Shown here: piece after piece, positions 40,249 through 50,273 of the stretch | How positions within the stretch are numbered: the stretch's first letter is position 1 | Layout: each line of letters starts with the position of its first letter | Assembly: GCA_002269645.1 (NCBI GenBank) | Contig: NIVC01003933.1 | Location: 5,040 to 69,039, forward strand | Direction of reading: 5' to 3' | DNA length: 64,000 nt | DNA from: Macrostomum lignano | Taxonomy: Eukaryota | Notes under the pieces: generated by a model | The model's database searches: none | Seen by the model: only the letters and a program-made list of their open reading frames with translations | What the model was told of the DNA's origin: nothing | Translations under genes and position numbers: made by a program

Positions 40249-42402
40249 TTATCTGTTTGTCTGTCTGTCTGTTGTCTATTGATGTCTATCAATCTATCAA
40301 TCAATCTATGTCTATCTACGATCTATATCTAATTTTCATGTCTCTGTATCCATTCTTACACATAAATATCGCCAATTATCAAAACGGCAGACTCTTAGTA
40401 GTATGTTTAGAGCATCGCATCCTAAATGAGGTGTATGAAGTGAATATAAAAAGTTAGTAAAAAGACGCAACTCACCCTCAACTTTGCTATCATCCATAGC
40501 CTTATACTCTGTACTTTTGATAGCCAATTCCACACCATAGCCCGACAGCCTCGTGCGCTGCTGTCGCCGCTGCAGCGAATTCAACTCAGCTGGCGGAGCG
40601 TGACGAAAAGCGTATCTCAGTTTGCCGGCTCTGGCCAGCGTTGTCATGGCAACGTGCCAAGCTGGAAAACCGCCGGAAGCCAATCTAGCATAGAGCAAAA
40701 CCGTTAGCGGCAGTTGCTGCTCATCAACTCCAGCTGATTCCAGCCTGACTTTATCGGTCCGGTACAGCTGCAGAGGTGCGCTGGCATTGGCCGCGGCTAA
40801 CTTAGCATCCAGCTGATCCGCGGTACAGGCGATGCCACCGCCTGGTAGGACGGCGAAACCGCCGCTACTGTCGAGGCTTTTCAAGCATCTATCAGCGTCA
40901 TTCAAGCCCAGCTGAGCGTTCATCTCCAGGGTTGGCGAGGCAGCTCGCAGTGACAGCCACAGGCGGAGCAGGTCGGACCGGCTGCCGGGCGCGAGTCGGC
41001 TTGACTCGGACAGGGCCAGCTGGTACTCTGCGCTGTCCGTCACTGCGGGTCGGTTTTGCCGTTGGGTGGCTGGGTCAGCTCCGGTCAGTTGCAGTATGAT
41101 AGTGAGTCAGTGGGTCAGTGAGTCAGTGGGTCAGTTGGTCAGTGAGTCAGTTGGTCAGTGGGTCAGTAGGTCAGTGAGTCAGTGGGTCAGTGGGTCAGTA
41201 GGTCAGTGAGTCAGTAGGTCAGTGGGTCAGTGGGTCAGTTGGTCAGTAGGTCAGTGGGTCAGTGAGTCAGTAGGTCAGTGGGTCAGTGAGTCAGTAGGTC
41301 AGTTGGTCAGTAGGTCAGTGGGTCAGTGGGTCAGTGGGGCAGTGGGTCAGTGATTCAGTGAGTCAGTAGGTCAGTGGGTCAGTGAGTAAGTAGGTCAGTA
41401 GGTCAGTAGGTCAGGTCAGTGGGTCAGTGGGTCAGTGGGGCAGTGGGTCAGTGATTCAGTGAGTCAGTAGGTCAGTGGGTCAGTGAGTAAGTAGGTCAGT
41501 AGGTCAGTAGGTCAGTGGGTCAGTGGGTCAGTGGGGCAGTGGGTCAGTGATTCAGTGGGTCAGTGAGTAAGTAGGTCAGTAGGTCAGTGGGGCAGTGGGT
41601 CAGTGAGTCAGTAGGTCAGTTGGTCAGTGAGTCAGTGGGGCAGTGGGTCAGTGATTCAGTGAGTCAGTGGGTCAGTGAGTCAGTGAGTCAGTAGGTCAGT
41701 GGGTCAGTGAGTTAGTAGGTCAGTAGGTCAGTGGGGCAGTGGGTCAGTGAGTCAGTGGGTCAGTGAGTCAGTGAGTCAGTAGGTCAGTGGGTCAGTGAGT
41801 TAGTAGGTCAGTAGGTCAGTGGGGCAGTGGGTCAGTGATTCAGTGAGTCAGTGGGTCAGTGAGTCAGTGAGTCAGTAGGTCAGTGGGTCAGTGAGTTAGT
41901 AGGTCAGTAGGTCAGTGGGGCAGTGGGTCAGTGAGTCAGTGGGTCAGTGAGTCAGTGAGTCAGTAGGTCAGTGGGTCAGTGAGTTAGTAGGTCAGTAGGT
42001 CAGTGGGGCAGTGGGTCAGTGAGTCAGTCAGTCAAACTTTACTCACTGCTACTCAAGTCATTCCGCTGTGCCAGATTGTCCAAATATTGCCAGAACAGTT
42101 CCGAATTTTGCTGGTGAAGGAACTCACTACAAATGATTAGGGAATGCTCATCATATTGTTATTGTTTTAAATTTGAAATTACAATAACTAAGAAAATTAA
42201 TGATGAATCAAGTAAACTCTTGCCTAGCCTCAGCCAGCAGCGAGGTGGACTGCCACTTGGCGAACATATTAACGGACACGAACTTGGATCGGGCCAGCAC
42301 GCATGGCGGAGCGATGCTAATCAGTGCCAGCAGGAGGAGCGGCAGCGAGCAGCCAGCGCCAAACAAGCTAACAAACTGGGCCGCTCTCATTTGCTGCAAC
42401 AT
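27623..42402 (-). CDS. UGGT: UDP-glucose:glycoprotein glucosyltransferase, 14 exons, ~1571 aa
   Basis: Exons: 42402-42224, 42126-42047, 41042-40476, 39325-39253, 38740-38377, 37158-36792, 36273-35918, 35376-35186, 33985-33587, 32832-32242, 31581-30982, 30037-29939, 28959-28389, 27901-27623 (4716 nt, phases consistent). Signal peptide; [21 protein letters not shown]; GT24 domain ([60 protein letters not shown]); C-terminal HTEL ER-retrieval motif. Confidence 0.96.
27955..28350. repeat. ~25-bp degenerate repeat CCATAAAAATCCCGAATTCCAAAAA (UGGT intron 13)
   Basis: Direct inspection. Confidence 0.85.
28389..28959 (-). CDS. UGGT: UGGT exon 13 (catalytic GT24 core)
   Basis: [43 protein letters not shown]. 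Confidence 0.97.
29344..29805. mobile_element. TIR MITE, copy 1 (UGGT intron 12)
   Basis: 36-bp terminal inverted repeats ATCACAGATACTAGAATAACTAGATGGGCCACTCAG (35/36 match); the interior matches 52398-52951 in reverse orientation. Confidence 0.75.
29939..30037 (-). CDS. UGGT: UGGT exon 12
   Basis: [17 protein letters not shown]; donor CG|gttagt. Confidence 0.9.
30585..30905. repeat. ~29-bp repeat GAATCTGTGAGGGTGGCGGCATCATCAAA (UGGT intron 11)
   Basis: Direct inspection. Confidence 0.88.
30982..31581 (-). CDS. UGGT: UGGT exon 11
   Basis: [46 protein letters not shown]. Confidence 0.95.
31785..32125. repeat. ~30-bp degenerate repeat with TTGGCGGCATCATCAAA core (UGGT intron 10)
   Basis: Shares its core with the intron 11 array. 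Confidence 0.82.
32242..32832 (-). CDS. UGGT: UGGT exon 10
   Basis: [11 protein letters not shown]; [17 protein letters not shown]; [12 protein letters not shown]; donor AG|gtaagc. Confidence 0.92.
32985..33572. repeat. 34/35-bp minisatellite GTGAATGGGATCACGGGATTTGAATCCTACTACCT (intron 9)
   Basis: Direct inspection. Confidence 0.93.
33587..33985 (-). CDS. UGGT: UGGT exon 9
   Basis: [14 protein letters not shown]...QLRLALLH; caccgcag| ... AG|gtgagt. Confidence 0.85.
34025..35150. repeat. ~19/20-bp GAGTGACGGGTGAGATTGA-type repeat (intron 8)
   Basis: Direct inspection; degenerate toward 35150. Confidence 0.9.
35186..35376 (-). CDS. UGGT: UGGT exon 8
   Basis: [23 protein letters not shown]; donor AG|gtgagt. 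Confidence 0.88.
35590..35866. repeat. 32-bp minisatellite AAAATATCAGCTATATGTACATTGGGGGCAGG (intron 7)
   Basis: Direct inspection. Confidence 0.92.
35918..36273 (-). CDS. UGGT: UGGT exon 7
   Basis: Acceptor ccgtcag|GC; APAVLLNG; donor ACG|gtaaga. Confidence 0.88.
36410..36750. repeat. 25-bp minisatellite CACACAGGATGGGATCATTGGGTCA (intron 6)
   Basis: Direct inspection. Confidence 0.92.
36792..37158 (-). CDS. UGGT: UGGT exon 6
   Basis: VVYLNDLE...[31 protein letters not shown]; donor G|gtgagg. Confidence 0.92.
37425..38376. repeat. 32-bp minisatellite AAATATCGGTTGCTATGGGAACCTAAGAGGAC plus terminal (AC)n (intron 5)
   Basis: The (AC)n run abuts the donor at 38376. Confidence 0.93.
38377..38740 (-). 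CDS. UGGT: UGGT exon 5
   Basis: [17 protein letters not shown]; LRDLSQNYP; donor CAG|gtgtgt. Confidence 0.92.
38761..39100. repeat. 34-bp minisatellite CAGTAGGGATTGCAATGGATAGGGTGTGTTGCAA (intron 4)
   Basis: Direct inspection. Confidence 0.95.
39253..39325 (-). CDS. UGGT: UGGT exon 4
   Basis: Not in the ORF track; [11 protein letters not shown]; gccag| ... AG|gtcagt. Confidence 0.88.
39745..40322. repeat. Degenerate (TCTG)n microsatellite (intron 3)
   Basis: Direct inspection. Confidence 0.92.
40476..41042 (-). CDS. UGGT: UGGT exon 3
   Basis: [28 protein letters not shown]; donor G|gtgagt. Confidence 0.92.
41100..42033. repeat. 8-bp GTCAGTG(G/A)/GTCAGTAG repeat (intron 2)
   Basis: Direct inspection. 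Confidence 0.93.
42047..42126 (-). CDS. UGGT: UGGT exon 2
   Basis: Not in the ORF track; acceptor ttgtag|T, (S)[18 protein letters not shown], donor A|gtgagt. Confidence 0.85.
42224..42402 (-). CDS. UGGT: UGGT exon 1 (signal peptide)
   Basis: [10 protein letters not shown]...[16 protein letters not shown]...[12 protein letters not shown]; probable GC donor AG|gcaaga. Confidence 0.85.
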
Positions 42403-42564
42403 TTTAAAAGAAAAATTAACGATTTCTCATTTAAGCTTATATCGTGTATTTAATTGTTCTGATAAAGCTATTGCCTTAAAAGCATCTAGTCTATTTGTAC
42501 AATAAATCTCAATTGCAACTAATGTTGTAACGATAGTTCTAATAGGATTTGGGAAGTTGCTGAG

Positions 42565-42975
42565 GGAGGCTGGCTCAGCAACTGATGATCTGGGAGGCTG
42601 GCCCAGCAACTGGGGATCTGGGAGGCTGGCTCAGCAACTGAGGATCTGGGAGGCTGGCTCAGCAACTGATGATCTGGGAGGCTGGCTCAGCAACTGAGGA
42701 TCTGGGAGGCTGGCCCAGCAACTGAGGATCTGGGAGGCTGGCCCAGCAACTGAGGATCTGGGGGGCTGGCTCAGCAACTGGGGATCTGGGAGGCTGGCTC
42801 AGCAACTGATGATCTGGGAGGCTGGCTCAGCAACTGAGGATCTGGGAGGCTGGCCCAGCAACTGAGGATCTGGGAGGCTGGCCCAGCAACTGAGGATCTG
42901 GGAGGCTGGCCCAGCAACTGAGGATCTGGGAGGCTGGCCCAGCAAGTGATGATCTGGGAGGCTGGTGGCCCAGCA
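42565..42975. repeat. 28-bp minisatellite GGCCCAGCAACTGAGGATCTGGGAGGCT upstream of UGGT
   Basis: Direct inspection. Confidence 0.93.
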
Positions 42976-44185
42976 ACTCAATAGCTGTTAAATAGCTGGG
43001 GTAATGGCGGGTGTATGTGGTGACCCCCCAGTCCTTGAACTCATCAGCCCTTCCGATGCGCAGTGCAATAGCTGCGGCTGAGCTGTCGGTTGCAGATCTG
43101 CTCATTAGGGCAGGTGTAATCTATTATTACTGTTGCTGCTATTTGCTGCTATTAAGAGTTCATACACTGAACTTAATCTTTAATCGGTATTCAGTATCAT
43201 AGCGTGTATGAAAGTTCAATTCATTAGAAATGAAATTATTGTCTTAGTTCGAGTTTAAGTTCAAGTTTGTTTTAACCGGGTGAAATCAGAGCATATTAGT
43301 TTCCTTTTTTATTTTCGTGCAACTTGTTATCTAGTAGAATTATCAGTTCAGCATAAAATGTTTTTTTTTTGAAGTAAATGTAACAATTCTAGTAAAAAAG
43401 TAAATTAAGATTTTTTCTAACTCTCCATTAAAAGCAACAGTAAGAATAATGTATAAAAAGCCATGTACCACTGGAATTAGAGTAAGAATAAAAATCTACT
43501 TTTGGATAGACGTGCATCGATTGAAAATTACGTGCAACTCTCGCAAAAGAGTACGTAATAAACTTACATTTTATGTTTTTTTGTGAGAAATATGTTGTTA
43601 CTAATATTATCATCAAGGTTACTACTTGTTAAGACATTAGGAAACGAAAACACTTAATTTTTTTGTATTATCCTAAGCGGATAAAAATTCTATCAAGCCA
43701 ATCAAGCGCACTGCCACTCTTCTAAATTGTCAAGCTAAGCAGCCAATTATTCTAGCCGCAGAAACTATGATTTCTCATAGAATTATTAATTTAATTTGCA
43801 GCATTTAATTTGGTCCAACAAGCATCAATTTGGTTCATAGCGGCTCTGTAGTTTCAGCCCTAGATTTTCATTTAGACACGACTGTCACAAGCAGTGAGAA
43901 GCAAGATCAGTCCCTAGAATCGTGGACTATAGTGCTACACTGTTAAACGAACGCCACGGGCTTGCGATCGAAGTGCAGTTTTGACCATGTTTAAATGCTC
44001 TCTTTGTTATTTTATAGTTGAGCAGATTGAATATTTGACGTCATATTTTAATGGTACAGTGAAATTTGTCACTCATGATTAGGATTCATAGCCGCTATGA
44101 GCTAAATTGATGCTTATGAACCAAAGCTTCCATTACTTTGACAGACGTATCTTGGATTAAATTCAATGCTATTACACAAAGTCCA

Positions 44186-46158
44186 TTAACTATCTTGGCC
44201 CAGATAAGCTGGGTAATCCAGAGAGTTTTGCGAAGCAATTTTCTCAGCCAAAGTTTCATTGTTAGCCGACACGATGAGCTTGCTCTGCGGAGTAAGCGGC
44301 TCGCAGATTCTCAATACAATCGATCGCGGCTTGCAACTCAGCTTGCGAAACAATGCCATCGACCTCTCCGAATAGTCTGCCGAGGAAAGCATCAGAATGT
44401 ACCGGTTCTCAATGTCGTGCTCCTGCACTTGAGCAACTACGGACGACAGAATACCGACTACAAAGTTAATGAATAGAATCGGCACAAATAGCACGTAGAA
44501 TATGTGGGTCACGTTCAGGTCGATGCGATCGTTCTTCGGTACAAATATCGTCGTGTCAACAATGTTCAAAGAAACTAGAAATGTCTCGTAGAAGGCGGCT
44601 AGAAACTGAGGAATTGTATCCGGCCTGCTAGTAGTAGAATTAGTTGAGCTAGAGAAGATAAAGTTCGACTGAAACATTCGCGCGAAGATGGCCATAAGTA
44701 CCAAATAGAGGACTATAAAGAAGGTGAACGCTGTTAAACTGTTGTAGAAACTGCTCATTAAAGTAGTCAGTGGCCGCAACAGGCGAAGATAGCAGACAAG
44801 AAGACAGGCACTAGACAGCAACAGAATTATGTTGCATAGACCAGTGACAGTGTAAATAAAGTGACCGAATAGTTGGCAAGCGCGTTCAGCATCCAAGTAG
44901 ATCCAAAACAGACCGACAGTGGCAGGAAACGAGACTAAGGTAGGCAAGTTCCACGTCAACATGTCATAGTAGTACTTCCTTGGCCATTTAGGATAATTTA
45001 CTTGGTTCCTGAAATATTTATCAAAAAATGGCAAAAACGTCTTAACAAACTGACAATTGCAAACCAACCGAATGGCACAATAGTGAAATGGCATTACAAA
45101 CGTACTCACCTTATATATTCCTTGCGAACAACTCCATACAACATAGAAAACGTTCCAAGCGAAGTGTACGCAAGCCAAACCGAGAGAACTACAACTGTTC
45201 CAATAGGAATATCGGCATTCACGCCGGCGCATCTAAACTTGATGTAATCGTTGAGAATGCTGCCAGTGAACACAACAGTAAACACAGTGAGCAGAACACC
45301 GACGAAAAGAATGGTATAGAGATACATCTTATTCGACTCAAAAAGCAGGTCAACCCACTGTTTCCAGATGAAGTTGTGCCTAAAAATTCCGATTTTCTTG
45401 AGCTCCGGCAGGGTTGATTCGCCGTACAAATCAAGCAGGATGCAGATTGGGCTGGTGAAATAACACGGATTTTCACCAACGAGTTCAGACACATCCATAG
45501 TGATGTGCTCAGTAATGCCGATAGCCTCCGACTTTACAAGACAGTTGGGTGAGAAATAGTAAATGACGTACTCAACGTAGTTTGCAAGACCGAGGTACAC
45601 ACCCCAGCTCAATGGACTCATGCCGGCAACACTTCGAGAATTAAGCATAACAGTATGCTGTTTCTGAGTGAAAAGCACACGATGGAACAAGCACACCAAG
45701 TCAAAAATTTCTGTCTTCGAACCCGTTTCCAATCGGCGCTTGGATGAAAAACTAAGTGCTCCAAACAAATGATGATAAGCGTTGAAGCCGTGCTCAACAA
45801 TGCTGCTGAAGTCAACGCCAGACTCATTCATGTAAATCAGACACTTCTGTGCGTTATAAAACATCGCGATAAAGAAAGGGTTGGTAGGAAACGGATGCAC
45901 ATTATTGCACATAGCAACAGTGCTAGCGAACTGCGGACTGCATTCAAGCCAAACACTACCTGTGTCTCTGCTTTGCAGGAACTGCTTCCAGTTGATGTGC
46001 CTTGAAAAAACTTTTAAGTCTTCAACGTTGTCCTCGGCGAGACACTTAATGAAAGCCAACCAGTCCTCGTTGGTTGGTAAAAAGTCCAAGATGTTGTAGG
46101 GACATTCGATCATTTCCGGTGTATCCAACTTGGGCAAGATAGAATTTTTGTGCTTCAT
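44186..46158 (-). CDS. Divergent TRPV-like channel, paralog A (2 exons, ~623 aa)
   Basis: Exons 46158-45110 and 45008-44186; 101-nt phase-2 intron (AG|gtgagt ... atttcag|G) joins the two overlapping ORFs. Degenerate ankyrin-like repeats (NPFFIAMFYNAQKCLIYM, GFNAYHHL, GMSPLSWGVYLG), six hydrophobic segments, pore TFLVSLNIVD and S6 ILFINFVVGILS. The family call comes from recalled TRPV motifs, not a search. Confidence 0.72.
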
Positions 46159-48329
46159 TTCGAATCAAGTTTTGTTTTGCTGTAGTAAAATATTCCGCGT
46201 ACAGTTGAAAACAACGTTCTGCGTTCCGATATTGACTTTTAGGCGCCAGTTTATAGGGCAAGCTAATCAGATTATATCATTGGCTATGCTTGGCTCTCCA
46301 GTAATCACATGACAGTGATTGGCTGTGTTACTCACTTCAGCAAGTTTTTCGTTTGAAATCAACACTAGCTGTTAGTGTAAAATCAAGTGGCCAGATCAGA
46401 ATACCAGACAGTACTTGGGGGCCCTTGATAAATTCACCTGGCTTTGTGAAACAATAAAACTGTCTATAGAATCTGCTATTGTATTATAATCCGAAGGCTA
46501 GGCAAACAGCGGCCGGGAAAAGTGGACCTGAGTGGGCAATCAATAATCAACTATGCAAATATTTACCTTCCGAGCCAGTTGGGAAACCGAGAGCTCACTC
46601 TGAGCTAATCCGCTTAACTAGCACAGCATCCGCTGTGTGCCAGCCAGAATGACAAAGAAAAATCATGCGACGAAGTTTATTTCTGTTGGCATGGCAACGG
46701 ATTGACTGGCGTAGCAAAATGCGAATCAAACTGGATTTACAAGCTATCCAAAGCCGTGCATTGATTTAATTATTGATAAGGTGAACGGAAGTGCTTGACT
46801 AGGACTATGAATAACTAGGCTCCCTGGGCTGGAAACGTTAATATTAATTAGACTAGAAGTTCTTCCATCAAAAACTTACTGGTTAGAAATATGTGCAAAA
46901 AAATCCCTAAGATAAAAGGATTGAGCCAGTCTATACAGAAAACTGTGCTCTGGGGGAAATATAGAGGGCCCATCCCAAGACCATGCAAACTGCGTTTGGA
47001 GAGAGACACGCAGTTTGCAATGCACAATGGACAGCTAGCAAATGAGACAGCTAGGAAAGCTATTTAGATAAAAGCTGTTTTCGTCTCCCCAAAGTCATAC
47101 AACAAAAGCAACGTAAAATAACGTCTCCAACCTAGCAACCTACTAGAACTTTTTTTTCATGAAATACATGAAAAACAGGTACTTAATAAAAAATAAACCG
47201 AAGCCATAACTCTGAGCTGCATCTTTTCTTAATGCTTGAATATTATTATAGCCAGTTTTAATTATCACTATCTAGTTCTTATGAAACTTAATGGACAGCT
47301 ACATGTAATCTAAAGTAGCAGCTGTTGAAAGAGTTCACACTGCCCGAAATTCTGACTGTTCCACTTGTGACCTGGTGATCAAATATTGATAATACGCATC
47401 TGACTGATTGATCAAACACTCTTGTTTTAAAATATCAAGTGATTGACACTCGGTAAAGCACTGAGCAGTATGCCACAAAAAGAATTCATTGATTGGTAGC
47501 AGGCATTAATGTCAAATATTTGCGACATAGGAGCGTGGCCAAGGGATCGCTGCAATTCTAAGCAATATGGGCGGGGGTTTAGACCCGATTGAGACGGCAT
47601 AGAACTGCATCGATTAATTACACTATAAGTAGCTACACTCACAATTTAGCTACTGAGTGTACTTCGAGAAAATTCACAATCCATTTATCCAGAAAAGAAT
47701 TGTACAGCTTTCGATAGCTTTGTTTTATCAATGTTTATTTTTAAAAGAGAATTATTTTAGAACACGACAAATAGCATTTGGTAATATTTCGTAGTTAAAT
47801 GTAAACGCGAGTTTAATAACAGACTATAAGTTTCTATCACATTTTGCAATTGCATTTCCGTCATGCATGCTTGCTTTATAGATTTGAATCAGAATAATTT
47901 GTCCGATTGCAAAACTGCAAAACGGTACATTGCAAAAATTCTGTCCGATTACGCAAAAGTGAAACTGTAGAATCAAGGATAGGAACTCGGTTATCCTTGA
48001 TAATCGAGGATAACCGATTATTCAACTTCCTCTCGGTTATTCAACTTCACTATCCAGATTAGAAATACTATTCGGCCATATCCGGATATTCGATCGGGTA
48101 AGGACATATTAGAATTCAGATAACAAACATCCGACTAAATTTTCGTCTAAATTTAGCGCAAACGCAACGGTTGGTTTTTAAAGCCCTTTCTGAGCACACA
48201 CAATATTGAACAAAGAAATTCTATACTATTACTATTGCATCACGTAATAGATTTACAGAGCACAGAATGCCACTATGTTTAAAAAAAACTGAGTGAATTT
48301 TCAATTGTATCAATTTGCGACGAAATATG

Positions 48330-50273
48330 TCACAGAGGTCGCTGCGGAATCATTGACTCGAGCGTATTACGACAAAATGCAACAAGCTTGCTTTCCGGAC
48401 TAAGCGGCTGACAAATCGACAATTTAACTGTTTGATGGCCCAATAAGCGTCGAATCAATCCATTAATAAAATAGAATGTGCGCTCGGAAAATTCGGACGC
48501 CCCCAGCATTAAAATGTAGCGATTTTCAACGTCGTGTTCGATAACTTGAGAAACAACAGACGACAGAATTCCGACAACGAAGTTTATGAATAGAATCGGC
48601 ACAAACAGTACGTAGAACAGGTGTGTCACATTGAGATCAATCCGATCGTCTGCTGGCCTGAATATTGTCGTATCGACGATGTTCAACGATACTAAAAACG
48701 TTTGATAGAAAGCTGCCAAAAAATCTGGAAACGTGTCGGATCGGCTGGTCGTAGTATTGCTGGCGCTTGAGAAAATAAAGTTGGACTGAAACATTCGCGC
48801 AAAAATCACCATCAAACAGAGGTACATAAAGACAAACACGCTGAAAGTACCTAGACTGTTGTAGAAGCTGCTCATCAAGGTAGTAAGGGAGGATACTAGG
48901 CGAAGATAGCACACGATTAGGCTGACACAAGTCATCAACAAGAGAATGTGGCACAAGCTACTAACAGTGTAAATAAAATCTTTAAATATCGCGCAGCTCC
49001 GACCAGTGTCAAGGTAAATCCAAAGCAAGAACACTGTAATTAGCAAGGCAACAGTGCTAGGAAATAGCCAGCCAACTAGGTCTCTGTAGTTTCGGCGTGG
49101 TATTTTCGGGTATCCGACTTTGTGCCTGCAATAAAAACCAGGGAAAATTCGATAAACAGAATACTGAATATAAGAATCGATTGTATAGCTACGCATGGAC
49201 AGTGATGGTTACCTATAGTATTCCTTTCGAGCAACTCCAAATGCAGCAATAAAAACGGATGAACCCGAAGTGATAAGCCAGGTGAGTAAGACACAAACCG
49301 TTCCAGTTGGATACACAGAAGGAGCATTTTCGCACTTGCTTTTAATATAGTCGTTGCCACTGCTACCGGTAAAGACTACAGTGACTACAGTCAGCAAAAT
49401 GGCGAGCAGCAAGTAAAAAAATATGACGACTCGATTGCGCTTAAACATTAAATCCACCCAGTGCTTCCACAGATAACCTTTCCGAAATATGCCGAGCCTT
49501 TTTAACTCGGGCAGAGTAGACTCGCCGTAAATGTCCAGCATGACGGAAAGTGGACTAGTAAAGAAGCTCGGATCCTCACCAGTAACATCTGACACATCCA
49601 TAGTGATGTGCTCGTTGATACCCAGAGACTCGGAATGCACTGTACAATTTGGCGAAAAGTAGTAAATCACGTATTCTACCTGATCTGGCAGACCAATGTA
49701 CACGCCCCAAGAGAGCGGTGTCATGCCATTTTGGCAAACTGATTTAATCATCGAACTCTGCTGATCGCGGGTGAACAAAGTGCAATGAAATAAAGTGATC
49801 AGCTCGCTATACTTGGCCAACGGAGCGTCGGGGCATCGACGGATCGACATGAAGTGTATGGCGCTAAATAAGACATGATAAGCGGACACGCCGCGCTCTC
49901 TTAGCTTGGAGAAGTCGACGCCGGACTCCATCATAAAAATCAGGCATTTTTGCGCGTTGAAGAACATAGCGACAAAGAATGGATTAGTGGGATACGGATG
50001 CTTTCCGGAGATTAATCCGCCTGGCAGAGTGAACTCATTTGAACAGTTGAGCCATACATTCTTAACGTCGCAACTTTGTAGGAAACGATTCCAGTCAACG
50101 TACTTAGAAAATATCTGCAAGTCTTCGACATTGTCATCGGCTAGACATTTGAGAAAGGACAACCAATACGATTCTGTTGGTAAAAATTGTACTATGTCGA
50201 ACTCACATTCGACTGTCTCGTTTAAGCCTGATTCAGACGACCCTACTGTAGCCGACGTAGTCAGTTCAAGCAT
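48330..50273 (-). CDS. Divergent TRPV-like channel, paralog B (2 exons, ~618 aa)
   Basis: Exons 50273-49213 and 49125-48330; 87-nt phase-2 intron at the same position as in paralog A. Collinear with A, with identical pore TFLVSLNIVDTTIF and S6 FYVLFVPILFINFVVGILSSVV. Confidence 0.72.

Noticed and set aside
42975-43110. Minus-strand stretch ADEFKDWGVTTYTRHYPSY that looks protein-like
   Set aside because: It is short, has no convincing splice pair or family assignment, and runs into a 28-bp repeat.
47987-48017. Hairpin TCGGTTATCCT...AGGATAACCGA 3' of TRPV-like paralog B
   Set aside because: An isolated 11-bp stem with no second copy or functional context.
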